This document shows positions 1 to 11,992 of a stretch of 64,000 bases of DNA, one piece after another. The stretch is from Yuukianura sp. NJ FZ-2021 (Eukaryota). The position numbers and the translations under genes are program-made. Each line of letters opens with the position of its first letter. Position 1 is the stretch's first letter. The stretch is taken from assembly GCA_046563655.1 (NCBI GenBank), contig CM102284.1, positions 2,232,001-2,296,000 of the forward strand. Direction: 5' to 3'. Under the pieces are notes generated by a model, which was given only the letters and a program-made list of their open reading frames with translations, was not told where the DNA came from and ran no database searches.

Positions 1-17
1 ATCCTTCAAAAGTTCCT

Positions 18-345
18 TTCAATGAGACTGGCACTGAAAACATGAGTTTTATGTAACGGAGTGTACGGTTAATCTTTTAAACTTCTCTTAACTTCAGAAG
101 GACCAATATATATTGCGTTTGCGTGTAATTTAAACAGTCTGAATGTTGAAATTTGAAACACAAACTTGTGTTAAATGATCTTTAGACGACCTTTCCATGT
201 TGTTTACGTGTGTATCTGAATGAGTTGGTCCCATTGAAGCGTCCGGTTAATATTTGGGCAAGACATTTGACTGTTGACATTTAATAGTCTCGAGGTAACT
301 TAAAGTGATTAGTAAACCAACCGTTAAGAAAACAAGATTTCTTGC
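18..345. repeat. Diverged copy of the 1905-2260 region (upstream region of the 2OG oxygenase)
   Basis: Collinear shared blocks: GCACTGA..GAGTTTTATG, GTTGAAATTT..AAACTTGTGTT, CAAGACATTTGAC, GTTAAGAAAACAA. Confidence 0.65.
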
Positions 346-530
346 TTCATCGTCGCTGTTTGTAAGCTCCGTAAACAAACGACAACTCTGCCCATTAAAA
401 TTTTCAAAGAAAAAGCTTTAAAGAAACCTGTACCAGAACCTAAAAACTTCTTTTTGAAAAAGTGGAATTTTCAATTCCATTGCTGTTATAATTCAACAAA
501 AATTCGAGTTTTTGTTTTCATTTTAGCGGG

Positions 531-1775
531 TTAGTAATTTTTGGAATTTTTGATGAGGTTTTGGTAGTGTTCAAAAGCGAAAACTGAAGGTATTTTGGCA
601 AATTCTTCCTTTTCTGAAGGTGGCTCGACGATTGGTTTCACTTCCACTTCAGCATCGGGATTGATGAAAAAGATGCAACTTTGTCTTGCATTTGTAAGGA
701 GTCGCTCCTCATCCACAATTCGAACTCGATGAGGCTAAAATTAAAAAAAAATTGTAAAGAATTTTTATACGAAAGTTTTCAGGAGGTCAAAGGTCACCGT
801 ACCGTTGCTGGAAAGTGGCCAGCCGACCAGCGCTCCAGAAGTTGTCCAGTGTTGATCAAAATGGAATCTTTCACTGGAACTGCCGGCACCCACTCTCCAT
901 TTGTCCTCTTTACCTCCAGTCCCCCAATCATATCCTGTCGTTCAAAAAATATAAATTTTGGTTGAAAATTTTGAAACTTTTTTTTTGAAATTTAGTTTTA
1001 GTACTTGAAATAGAAGCGTGATTGTGCCCCAGTCTGAGTGTTCTCCGCACCGAATAGCGTTTTGCGGAATGTCGCTGAGAGAATTTCGGTCGAGCGGGTA
1101 GTAGTAAAGTGACCTGAACTGCGTCTGCGTCTTTTTGTATCCAGGAAAATCCATCCAGGAATGATTCTTAATAAAGTACTCTTCATCTTCCAGGTTCAAG
1201 TAAATCCCAAGACATCGCAGCAGTTTTTTGGCCAGGTTTACGCACTGCTGTCGCAGAGAATCAAAATCTTCTTTGAGTCCGGGTACCTCTGATGGAAAAT
1301 AGTCAGGGTCGAAGGCCCGAGGCCCCCAAATGTCAAAAAACTCCCGCAATTCGGTTGAATTTTTCTGCGTTTCATTTAAAAGTTCGTCTCCAGGACGAGA
1401 GTAGCCGTGAAAGTCTTCTGCTGGATCTTCCTTTCGGTATTTATCTTTTGTCTCTTGAGGCAGGTTGAAGAATTTTTTTGTTTTTCGGTGTATCTCTTCC
1501 AACTAGAGTACAAAACCACAAAAAATTAGTTTCGCAAAACTAAATTTTTCTAAACCTACAAAAATGTAAAACTATTCTAAAAAATGTTTTAGAAACCTCT
1601 TTTTTTGGGTGAAACTCACAATATTCATGTCTACTCCATGGTTTACGAGATATGCAAAGCCTATTCCTGTCATAGCATCTGTAAATTCTTTTGCGAAATC
1701 CGGCAAGTCTGCATCTTTCAAATCGGCATATTCACCCGCGACGCTTGAGCAGTCGATAGTCACGATTTCTTGCAT
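531..1775 (-). CDS. 2OG-Fe(II) dioxygenase, IPNS/DIOX-like family (4 exons)
   Basis: Exons ~1775-1620, 1502-1005, 934-803 and 734-531 join through GT-AG introns. Motifs: N-terminal GFAYLVNHGV (DIOX_N), HSD...HRV iron triad, RQS 2OG-binding motif, LLFQD-x-GGLEV. Confidence 0.9.
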
Positions 1776-2759
1776 TTCTGTTTCAGACGTGAAAAAACTT
1801 TATGACTTCACACAATTATTTCTGTTCTAAACACTTATTTTTCTTTTAAAATTTTTGATACTGTTTTAAAGTTTATTTGCTGTGTTGGAAAAATTCCGTC
1901 TTCAACTTCAATTAAATTAACACTGCACTGAGAACGTGAGTTTTATGGAGAGTGGACAAAGACGTCTGTGTGGTTTATCTTGACTTCAAAAAGACAGAAA
2001 TCTATTTTGAACGCGCGTTTTTAAAAATGTTTGAACGGATTGACGTTGAAATTTAAAACAAACTTGTGTTGGACAGTCATGCACGACATTACACATGACG
2101 TTTAAGTGAGTATCTCCAAGAGTCGGCTGTATTGAAATGTCTGTTTACGACAAGTAGGTCAAGACATTTGACCGTCCATATGTAACGGTCAGGAGAAGCT
2201 CAATATGATAACGCATCACTATTGAGGAAACCAAAAGTTAAGAAAACAAAACTTTTAGCCGAAGCCTTGTTCTTTGTTTTAGATTCAAAATTTAAAGTTC
2301 ATGTTTATTTCGGGTTGCTATTTTCTTTATCTCCAAAGCCGAAGTTAGTTACCACACCCAATAACGCATGTAAAACTTTTTTTAGAACTCGTTTTTTATT
2401 TCCTGTATTAATGTTTCCTATTCACAGTCATTCAGTATTACCTCAAAAATGCAGAAAATTTTTGCTTAGTATTTGACAAAATTTGTTATGCATGACTTCA
2501 ATATAATATCCAGGTCATTCGGAGAACAATTTGAATCGCCTCGCGATATACTATCATGCGATTTCTTATTCAAGTTACCACAAATTAAAATTTTGTGGTT
2601 TTATAAAATTAGTAACCTAGCTATAGAACCAATTGCAAAGCAAATAGAAAACCTCAATGATTAACTTAATTAACTCGGTTTAGAATTGACGTTTAACTCC
2701 CCAATTTGTTCAGTTTTCGGTCACTTTTAATTCCAACGTTGCAGCTCCAAGGTGAAATC

Positions 2760-3893
2760 ATGTCCACGAAGGAACATCCTCACCCTCCTGTTCCATCTCC
2801 GTGTTGTGTTCGATCAGCTCCGACTGTCAATGCCCACTACAAACCCAAGGGGCACTTGACCGTAGGCAAAGTCCCCACGGTCGCTGACTTGGAAATCTAC
2901 GAAAGTCCTTACGACCATGCGCACAAACCAACGAGACTCATCATCTGCGCATACGACATCTTTGGCTACCACAACAACACGAAGGAAGTCTGTGACAATG
3001 TGGCCATTTCCACTGGAGCAAGAGTCATTATGCCGGACTTCTACAGAGGAGACTACTGGTCCGAGAGCAGGAGGTTAGTCAAACTACATCCTATTTATCG
3101 ACGTATAACGCGCGCGTTATGTGATGCTTTCGTTCGCAAGATGAAATGCAAAACAAAAAAAAACAAAAATTTCCATTGAAAAATTTCCTTAATTGTCGCG
3201 ATTGGAAATGATATTTCGGTGCGCGTTATACGCCGATAAATAGGGTATTTCTTTTTATTAATTATTTTATTAATTTAACTTACTATATTAATTAATTTGT
3301 AGTATTCAGTTGATGTATTCTTGGGTGACGTACCATGGAAGTTGGGATCAGACGAAGAAGGATTTGATCAAAATCATTGAGCACTATAAGGCAAACGAAG
3401 GAATCAAGTCTGTTGGAATCTTCGGTTTCTGTTGGGGTGGAAAGATCAGCGTTTTGTCATCGGCTGAAATTCCGGGCATCGAGTGCGCAGGTCTCGTTCA
3501 TCCTTCGGGCGTCACTTTGGAAGAAGCCGATAAAATGAATTGCCCGGTCATAATTCTTCCAAGTCGAGATGAAATTGATTTTGTACGATACCTAAACATA
3601 TCAAAATTCAAAATATTTATATTCAAAATACCTAATCATGAACCAAAAAAATCAAATTCAAAGACAAGTTTTTCTTCAATTTTGGTTTTGAGTAATTTTT
3701 GTGTTGTTAGGTCCCGTTTAAGGAAGAAGTTGAAGAGCGTCTGGGTAAAGGGACAGCAGAACATCATCGATTTGACAATATGGCACATGGGTTCTGCGCA
3801 GCTCGTGGAGATTTTGCTGTAAAAGAGGTCCGGGAAGCCGTTGATGACGTCATCCGTCATCTCTCCAACTTTTTTGTCAAACACATGCCTTAA
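2760..3893 (+). CDS. Dienelactone hydrolase family (AIM2/CMBL-like) alpha/beta hydrolase (3 exons)
   Basis: Exons 2760-3073, 3303-3582 and 3711-3893. Motifs: YDIFG, VIMPDFYRG, GFCWGG nucleophile elbow, C-terminal MAHGF..RG catalytic His. Confidence 0.9.
3087..3245. mobile_element. ~160-bp Tc1/mariner (Tc2/pogo-like) MITE in intron 1 of the hydrolase gene
   Basis: Inverted repeats CCTATTTATCGACGTATAACGCGC (3090-3113) and GCGCGTTATACGCCGATAAATAGG (3221-3244), 1 mismatch. TA lies at both outer ends. Confidence 0.7.
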
Positions 3894-4120
3894 AATTTTG
3901 AGCCATTTCGAAAACTTTTTTTTTTCAAACCTTGTAAAAGATTGCCAAAAATTTCAAGGAAAAATATTTTATCTGAAGAAAATTTGACCAAACCTACAAA
4001 TTGTACCCAAGCTTTGTAAAATAAAAATAATCACATTTATGTCAATATTTTTTTTAACATTATTTTTCTATTTAACTTTCTATATACAAAAATAGTTTAG
4101 GCTGAAATATTTTAAAATAA

Positions 4121-6041
4121 TTATTTAGTAGTCGTCACTGTGTTAGACTTGTGTTGTCCCATGAAGTTGATTAGTGTCGATCCCCTTTGACCTTTGAATC
4201 CATGGTACTTGATTTCATCTTGAGTGTAGAACAGTGGGACACTGGGTTTGTTCGTCTGAGCTGCCTTGGGGTCAAGGCCTGACGGCAGTAAGTGCACATA
4301 CTCCCCATGCTCCTGACCTCTGGCCCAGATCACATGAGATGGTTTCGTCAGATGCCAATCATTCCACTTGTCTTCAATGTCAGAACCAAGCACTTTCTTG
4401 CGGAAGATGATCGTAGTTACTCCCTTTGCCTCCCACCCAGTCCCTGCCACTATGTCGTCAGTCCCATCATAAGTGGCGTCCTCTTTTGGCGTTGAGATGT
4501 CACCAGCCCAGTAATCTAAAATTCGATGAAGACGCTTTCTGGCTGAACCAATCACAACGTCAGTACAACTCATGGGATGCAGTGCAATGAATATTGGAGC
4601 TTCTTCTTCTTGAGTTGTGTTTAGATTAGGAGAAGATGAGTCTATTTGACGTTTGAGGCGGGAAAAGTCATGGGCGTAACGTCTTGAACGGCGGGAAATT
4701 GAAATTGAATTTGAAGAAGGTGGCGGATAGCGAGTACAGTCACCTTGAAAGTCGGCTGGGCGCCAACCCAATGCTGCATAAGATGTACCGTTGACATAAA
4801 GGATAAATTCAATTTGTTTTACCGCAACATCCAACATCTAAAAAAAACAGGTTTACAGATTTCTAGTTTTGTCAGAATTTCAAAAAAAAAATTAAAATTT
4901 TGAAACAAGATGTTTACCCTCCAGTAAAGGTGGACACGCGGGTCGAGGACGTTTTTGACAAACTTTGTTTCAAGCAGGTCCTTAGTGAGTGTAGATGGCG
5001 TTGGAAGTGGGATTCCGCTTTCTATATTTCTTCTGGAGCATTTCTTACCAATGTAACCATGACGACAGAAGCATTGTCTAAGTGGAAGGTTCGTCCCACC
5101 GAGATGAACGCACTCTCCACTTAGAAAACCGCCGCAGTCGTTGTCATCTTCACATTCATCTTCATACTCACAGTGAGGACCAAAGAACGCTGGAAATTCA
5201 AAAAAAATTGTTTTTTTATTTGGAAATTATGACTGTCTTTTGGTTTAACTGTTTCTTTGCCTTTGTTGCATGAGCAGACACCGTCAAACAGAATTCCATT
5301 TCCGGAGCATGTTTCTTTATATGCTGCTGGATTGACAATGTCAACGTCTCCGCATGACCAGAACCAGTAGTAGGGATTGCGCAGTTCAGCACTTTGACGC
5401 ATCAAGCGAATGATGCAGTCGGAACAAGTAAAGTTCAGTGGGAGTTGAACCAGTTGGCTAGTGGCGCTAGTTTCAAAATTCAAAAATTGCATTTTTAGAA
5501 AAATGTTTAGTTCATTTTTAATCAAATTTTGGGCGTTTGGCGTACGTGGGATCGTTTGAAATAAGTTCAGACGACAACATGTACAACTCTGTTCCATTTG
5601 GCGCCAAAAGTTCCAGTCGATGAGAACCCTATGTAAAGTAGAATTTCATTATTACAAAAAAAAATTAGCAATATAATTTTAACAATTACTATTAAACTGT
5701 AATATTTTAATGCTTACTTGATGCGCATAACCCAAATGCCAAGTGATATTTACCACGGAGCCAGAAAGTAAACTAGTTTTGGTCAATCCTGCCGAAAAAC
5801 AAAATTAAACGCGTTTTTTTAGAAGAAAAGTATTCAAAATTTTCATTTTGACAACTTTTCTTTCAAAAAGTTTACAAAATTTCAATGATGTACCTTTTGG
5901 CATTCCGCATGGAGGAGGCGTTCCTATGCTATCCAGATAGTCCAGGTTGTACTTCCTGGCAGGCGGGAATGTGAGGGAGACATGCGCAGAAATTAGAGGG
6001 AATGTTGCTAAAATCAAAGCCAGAAGAGTGGAAGGAGCCAT
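4121..6041 (-). CDS. Secreted nahoda-like protein: N-terminal His1 (LPMO-like) domain, 2 EGF-like repeats, DOMON domain (6 exons)
   Basis: Signal peptide, then HVSLTFPPARKYNLDYLD..PPCGMPKG. Exon 2 gives VNITWHLGYAHQ; exon 4 gives CSDCIIRLMRQ..FWSCGDVDI. EGF Cys patterns at 5310-5030. DOMON motifs SYAALGWRP, HPMSCTDVVIG, VIWARGQ, IKYHG. Confidence 0.85.
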
Positions 6042-6954
6042 GATTTGAATTTGTGCTAATTCTGACGAGTATCCTTCGTGTCCCCCTGCGTCAGTTGACT
6101 GACTGACGAGTCTTGTATACTATTCTGAATTCAAATTGCCAAAATCAAATAATTGTTAAAAATTCGAGTCAAGGGGAATGGGGGAGAGTGGGATTGGGCA
6201 ATACACAATCCAATTATGCTAATCTGCCTTATGCTGAATTATTCACACTTTGCACAAGTCACATACAACACTGTACACCTTACCTTTACAGTATCATTTG
6301 TGATCTTCCTCTCAATTCAACTCTTCCTTCCGGAATAAAAAAAAAACTGGCTACTCAGCATGTTATGCAATCATGCCAATCAACCTGATTACTCCCATTG
6401 AAATAACAACACCAATTTAATAAAATTTATAACAATTTGTTACCAAATTGCATATGGGTTTCCTCTACAAAAAGTGGAATCGATTACAATCATTTATAAA
6501 AAATCTGTTTGGCACGCGTTTGTTTACAACAAAAAAAAAGTTAAATTAAAAAGTTTTTGATGTTTGATTTCTTTTTCTTCATTTTTTTTTAGAATTGTAC
6601 ATCAAAGGGACCGCAGTTTTGCATTTGTAAATAAATTAATTAGTGGAAAACGATGTTAATTATTTTTTCATTTTTTTTTTTGAATTTCCTGATGATTTTG
6701 ATCCACCTTAAGAAGTGTCAGGAATGTCATACATCACCACCTTCTTAATTTGATCTACTTACGACAACTTTCACTTTCTGAGTAACCGGTCATCAGTTTT
6801 TGTCCTTTGAGAGGTTGTGACAAGAGGAAGGCAGTGTGACCTCGATTGATCCAGCAAAAGCGGAAGAATCTGCGACAAAGTATGTCCACCCTCAATTTAT
6901 TACTCGGCTCGTGTTTTTGTTAATTGTCTTTAGTTGATTAGTGACTGCGAGGCC

Positions 6955-9900
6955 ATGCGCATCATGAACCTCCCTGTCATTCTGCTGCTCCTTCCACTGG
7001 CTCTGGCCATTGACTCTGACGAACTGTCAGTCGATGTCCACGGAGACTTTGGGGTCAAAGTTCAACATGGCAGAGAGCGGGAAGAGACGTTGTTGGGAGA
7101 AGAGTCACATACAATCCCACTGTCCTACCCGTAAGTTTCAAATTTTTAAATTTTTTAAAATCTTGGAAGTAAATTTTGGAGTGAAACGGATGTCAAATGC
7201 TTGTATGATTTTGCAGGGGGCTGGGTGGCGTAGTTGTTCCAATTGCACCGACGCCTGTACCAGTAGTGGAACAACACATTCATCACCACCACATCGACCA
7301 TGTTGTAACACATGAGGAAGAGGTTCCAGTAAGCCAAAAAAAAATTCTGTTTTTCAAAATTTCGTAACAAATTTTTTCAATTTTTTTTCTCCAAAAATGC
7401 ATTTGTATTCATGTGTTCATGTATTTGTCCTATCTCCTCTCCCACCTCACGCTGCGCATTTTTCTTGAAACTCCGAGTGAAGTCAAAGATAGATTTTAAT
7501 ATATTTTGTTTTATTTATTTTTTTGTTTTTTCTTAAATTTATATGTAATTAAATTCATTAATTTTTTTTTTGTAGGAAATTGATGTGTGGGATATAAGAG
7601 ACTCTGTTCCAGGAACTCCGAACGAAGACTACCCCGTGCTAAAGTCCATTCCAAAAACTCGGTTTACTTGCGACAACAAAATCCCGGGCTACTACGCAGA
7701 CTCAGACACAAGCAAGTCACAAGTTTCAAAACAATTTTGAACTTTTAAAAAATTCTTCGCAGTATTTTTCTTTCAAATTCATGAATACGTGCAACAAAGT
7801 TTGTTGTTAACGTATAATTGAGGAAGTGTGAATGCAAAGTTGATGTTAGACTTTAAATGGGTCAAGTAGACATATTTGTCAATTGTCAATCTCACCCCTC
7901 ACGTCCTCATCAATAATTGGTTAATTCACGCTCACGATAAGTCCAAGACGATGGTTGAAGTAAGGCGGAAATACGTACTTTGTAACCACTGGTGTTTCAT
8001 TTCAGAGTGTCAAGTATTCCACAGATGTAGTGAAAATGAGGAGAGTGCGCGTAAGAAGATGGACTCATTCCTTTGTCTCAACGGAACCACATTCAACCAA
8101 GAAGTAAATTCAAATTAAGTTAAATTATTTAAATTCAATTGCAAACTGAAACTTGAATTATTTAAATGTATTGTGCAATCTCGAGTAAAAAAAGACATAT
8201 TTTGTTGAGTAGATCCTGTCCTGTGATTGGTGGGAAAACGTCAGATGCGACAAAGCTTCCAAGTTCTATGGACTGAACAAAGAACTCAACATGAGAGGAG
8301 AAGTGACTTATTTAAATTAAAATAAAATAATTTAACTAAATTAAAGTGTTTTATATTTAAATATTATATATTATTCTGAAAGGATGGAAAATACATTCAG
8401 CTGTCGGCCAAAAGAGAAGCAAGTCCGGACAAGCCACTTTCTCCCGGAATTATTCCAAAGGACGAACGAGTTCCGCTTCCGCCGCAATTCCGGTCTCCAC
8501 TGAACCGAATCCAAGCCACGGAAAAACCGATTGATGCCGACTCAGATCTGGATGAGGAAATTGACGAAGTGGAGCTGGAAGAGCCACCACCAATCAGCGA
8601 AGTGGGACCATTTCATGTATCGAAGGCCACGGCCACTGAAGCTCCGTCGAACGACGAAGACGAAGACATTGCCTACTTCTTCACACCAGAACAAATCAAA
8701 ACGATCAGAAACAGCAAAGATTTTGGAGAAAAGCTGACAAAAGAACCAAATAAAAACAAATCCTCGGAATCAAAAGTCGGAAATTCTGGATCACCTCAAC
8801 CAACAATTGGCAATTTCAATGCAACTGAGAAACAAAATGAAACGAAATCGTCGTTTCGTATACCGGTGTACAAATCTTCGCAACCGAAACCGAAATCCCA
8901 AAGTCTGTTTCGCGTGGCGAACAAAAGGGAGAAAGCAGAAAGTGAGAATCTGTTTGACAACAAATTACGAGAAAGCAAACGCCAAGTTCCTACCACCGAG
9001 AAAACTTCGTTTGAAACGAAACCGAAAACTCGCGCGCGAAAACTACGTAAAACCAAGAAAACGAAAACACGAAAACAGAAGGCAGAGAAGGACACTCCTA
9101 CGGTAACAAATAAGTTACTGAAGTTAATTAACGTTATAAAAATTTAGAGATTTAAAATTTCCTGTTTTTTCCCCAAATTTTTAGACTTCGCATCCTCTCG
9201 GATTTCCGTATCCGGCTCAACAAGTAATTGTAGCACCCAATGGAACATCAAAGATTCTCAAGTACAAACATCTTCTGCACACGGACATTACTGAATCTTT
9301 CCCGCCGTATGTTTCAGGGGTACGACCACTCGTCCCCCACCCCCATTACCCCTCCCACCCAACCCCCGTCGGGGGGCAATCCCCCTACGCCCCCTATCCT
9401 TCCCACCCACTCAACCCCCTTGCAACCCCCCTGGTCCCCGCTGCACCACCCCCGGCTGCCTCAGTTACTTACGAACACCACCACCATCATACTCAAGGAA
9501 CCCACCACAAAGCTTTGGAGCCCCACCACGTTTTTCCTCAATTCCAAGCCCAAGCCCAGCCTGGTGGGTCCCAGAAACTCCTAGCCCCACATGAAGTCAT
9601 ACCTGCTCTCTACCACCCAGACGTTGTTGGTCCAGAAGTCACGGGGAATAAACAAAGTACAAAAGAAGGTGGGATGTACTTGGTCCAGCCCCACCACGCT
9701 CTACGTGCACATTCAGTTGCAGTAAATCTCGGGGACAGACTTGGCCACCACCATCATCAAGTACTTCCTGCCAACCCTCTGGCGGCGCACCACTACGCAG
9801 CTGAAAGCCACCTCGCTGTAGCTGCTTTTCACCACCTAGCTGAACCCCACGCCCATCCACCCGCAGCCACCCTCTCTCAATTTACATCCAATCTGCCTAC

Positions 9901-10108
9901 AGTCTATAGTCAACTGGTTGAGACTCCGATTTCACAGTTTCCGTCTGCGCAACCGTCAAGTTCAAATGAAGCTTACGCTTCTGCTCAAACTTTGGGAACA
10001 AACTCCATTTTTTCTTCTGCACAACCTCCTGAAAACCCCATTTACTCATTAAATGCTCCGCAGCAACAGTATCCTCTCAGTGACTTGTTGGGCATGATAA
10101 GTGGCTAG
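6955..10108 (+). CDS. Secreted chitin-binding type-2 (peritrophin-A/CPAP1-like) protein with a long Pro/His-rich low-complexity tail
   Basis: Signal peptide. Spliced ChtBD2: PGTPNEDYP..FTC..GYYADSDTKCQVFHRC..SFLCLNGTTFNQEILSCDWWENVRC. Last exon 9185-10108 is open and Pro/His-rich. Confidence 0.85.
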
Positions 10109-10507
10109 AAAGTTCACATTTCATACACCAAAATGTATTTTTTGAAAATTAAACTCACGTTGTTCTGTTAACTTCATTTTTTTTTAAAAACCGGCTAAAG
10201 TTTTGTGATCTTTTTATATTTAGTTAACGTTAGTGTATTAGTGACATTTGGTTAAGCCCAGTTTTCACTAGTTCATAGAAGTTCAAGGTTTTGGGGACTG
10301 TGCAGAGACGCCGTTGAGTATATTAATGTGGAATTGCAAATTGAATTTTGCTTTGACACTGCAGATCTCATGAATTTTTCATCACAATCTGCGTTGTTCC
10401 ACTTCCAGGGATTTCTCCTAGATCAAGATCACCAACTGCACGACTTTTAGTGTTTTTCAATTTTTGAATTTTCAAAACTTAAAAGTTTTTTATTTAACGA
10501 ATGCGAC

Positions 10508-11992
10508 ATGGAGCCTTCCGTTCAGCAAATGCGACGGAGAAGTACTCTCCTTTCAACAGTTTTTCAATTTAAAAAAGTGACAAAGTCCCACGTAAAATCA
10601 AGTCTCACTTCACTATCGCCATTTGCAACGTCTTCCACAGACTCACTCAACTTCATACCAAATTACGTCCAAGTCAAAGTACTACAAGCTACCATCAGTG
10701 ACACAAAAAATAAGCAACGTAAGGAAACATATATTATTATATTAATTGTTAATATAAAACTAAATAAAATCGTTGCAAAATCAAAAAATTGTTGAGTTTT
10801 CATCAATTTTTTCCTCACAGAGTATGAACGCGTTTTTGCCAAAGTTTCCGTTGGAAAAGAAAAGTATGAGACAATTCCTCAGAAAGGAACGGATTCCTTC
10901 TGCTGGGAAAATCAAATACTGACACTGTACGTTTATTTGGTTCTTGAAAAAAGGACAATTTTATAAAATTTGACTTTTGACAAATCTTTGACAATTTCTA
11001 AAAATTTGACCTTTGACCTGTACAGTGAAATTCCTGATGAAGGAAACAAAGCTGCAGTTACAGTTGGACTTTACCATCGTCGTAGACTCGTCGACGACTG
11101 TCTCGGCGTCACTGTCGTTTTTCTGCGTGAGTTCCAGCCAAGTCAGAAGGAACGGCTCATGACTTGCAATCTCCAGTCAAAGGACCAACCGGCACAGACT
11201 GTCGGAGAAGTCGTCATTTCAGTTGCATTCAGAGCTTCCCGCCAACCGCCATCTTCAGCCGAACTCCACTTGGCAGAATTTGCTAGTAGTTCAAAGAGTT
11301 TGAACGTTTTTGGACATAATCTGCTAGCAGCAGGACATCTACGCAGAAACAGTAGTTTTAACTCGATTACAGAACATGCCTTTCCACCCAAACCTGTCCA
11401 ACATGTGACTCCAGTGGTACATGTAACCCATCTAGGAACAGATGCTGAGTCGGACGGAGAAGAGAGTTTTACCTGCGTGACATCAGCGCGTGGTCGGGTC
11501 AACAGTTTGTTTGACCTTGAGGGTGACCATGAAGAGGAAGTCAGGAAAGCAAGTGATGCTACTATCAGACTTTCTAACGCATCCAGCACATCACAAGGTA
11601 TCATTTTTCAAAAGGTTTTGCAAAATTTTTTCAAATGTAGTCAAAAACGGTTGTCAATTTTATTCGAAAATTTTTTAGGAAGCCAGGAAGATTTGGAGGA
11701 AGTTTCTGAAGAATTTAAAGGAAAATCCAAGACTGTAAGTCTAGATTAGATAAGTTTAATAAAAATAGATTAGCATACATTAATGAATATTGTTATGCTT
11801 GAATTCATATAATTATTTGAAATAATTATGCAATTTGATTTGTAGGCTCTTGTACGTATGATTGTCGCTCTGCGCGAAGTTGTGAGTGAACAAGACGAGA
11901 AAGTAACAGAGCTGCAAAATTATATTGACACGCGCCTCGCTTCAATCCTAGACGCGAATCCATCACTCCTGGAAGCGCCGTTAAAAAATTAA
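10508..11992 (+). CDS. Short class I Rab11-family interacting protein-like (C2 domain + FIP-RBD)
   Basis: C2 domain FAKVSVGKEKYET..W..EIPDEGNKAAVTVGLYHR..DDCLG resembles Drosophila Rip11. Last exon ends ELQNYIDTRLASILDANPSLL (FIP-RBD-like). Confidence 0.8.

Noticed and set aside
531-1775. Calling the oxygenase isopenicillin N synthase (beta-lactam pathway)
   Set aside because: Only family-level motifs are visible; no ACV synthetase or other pathway gene in the window.
11143-11604. Antisense ORFs overlapping real exons (also 22139-22520, 40046-40357, 46055-46730)
   Set aside because: Shadow ORFs of coding exons on the opposite strand.
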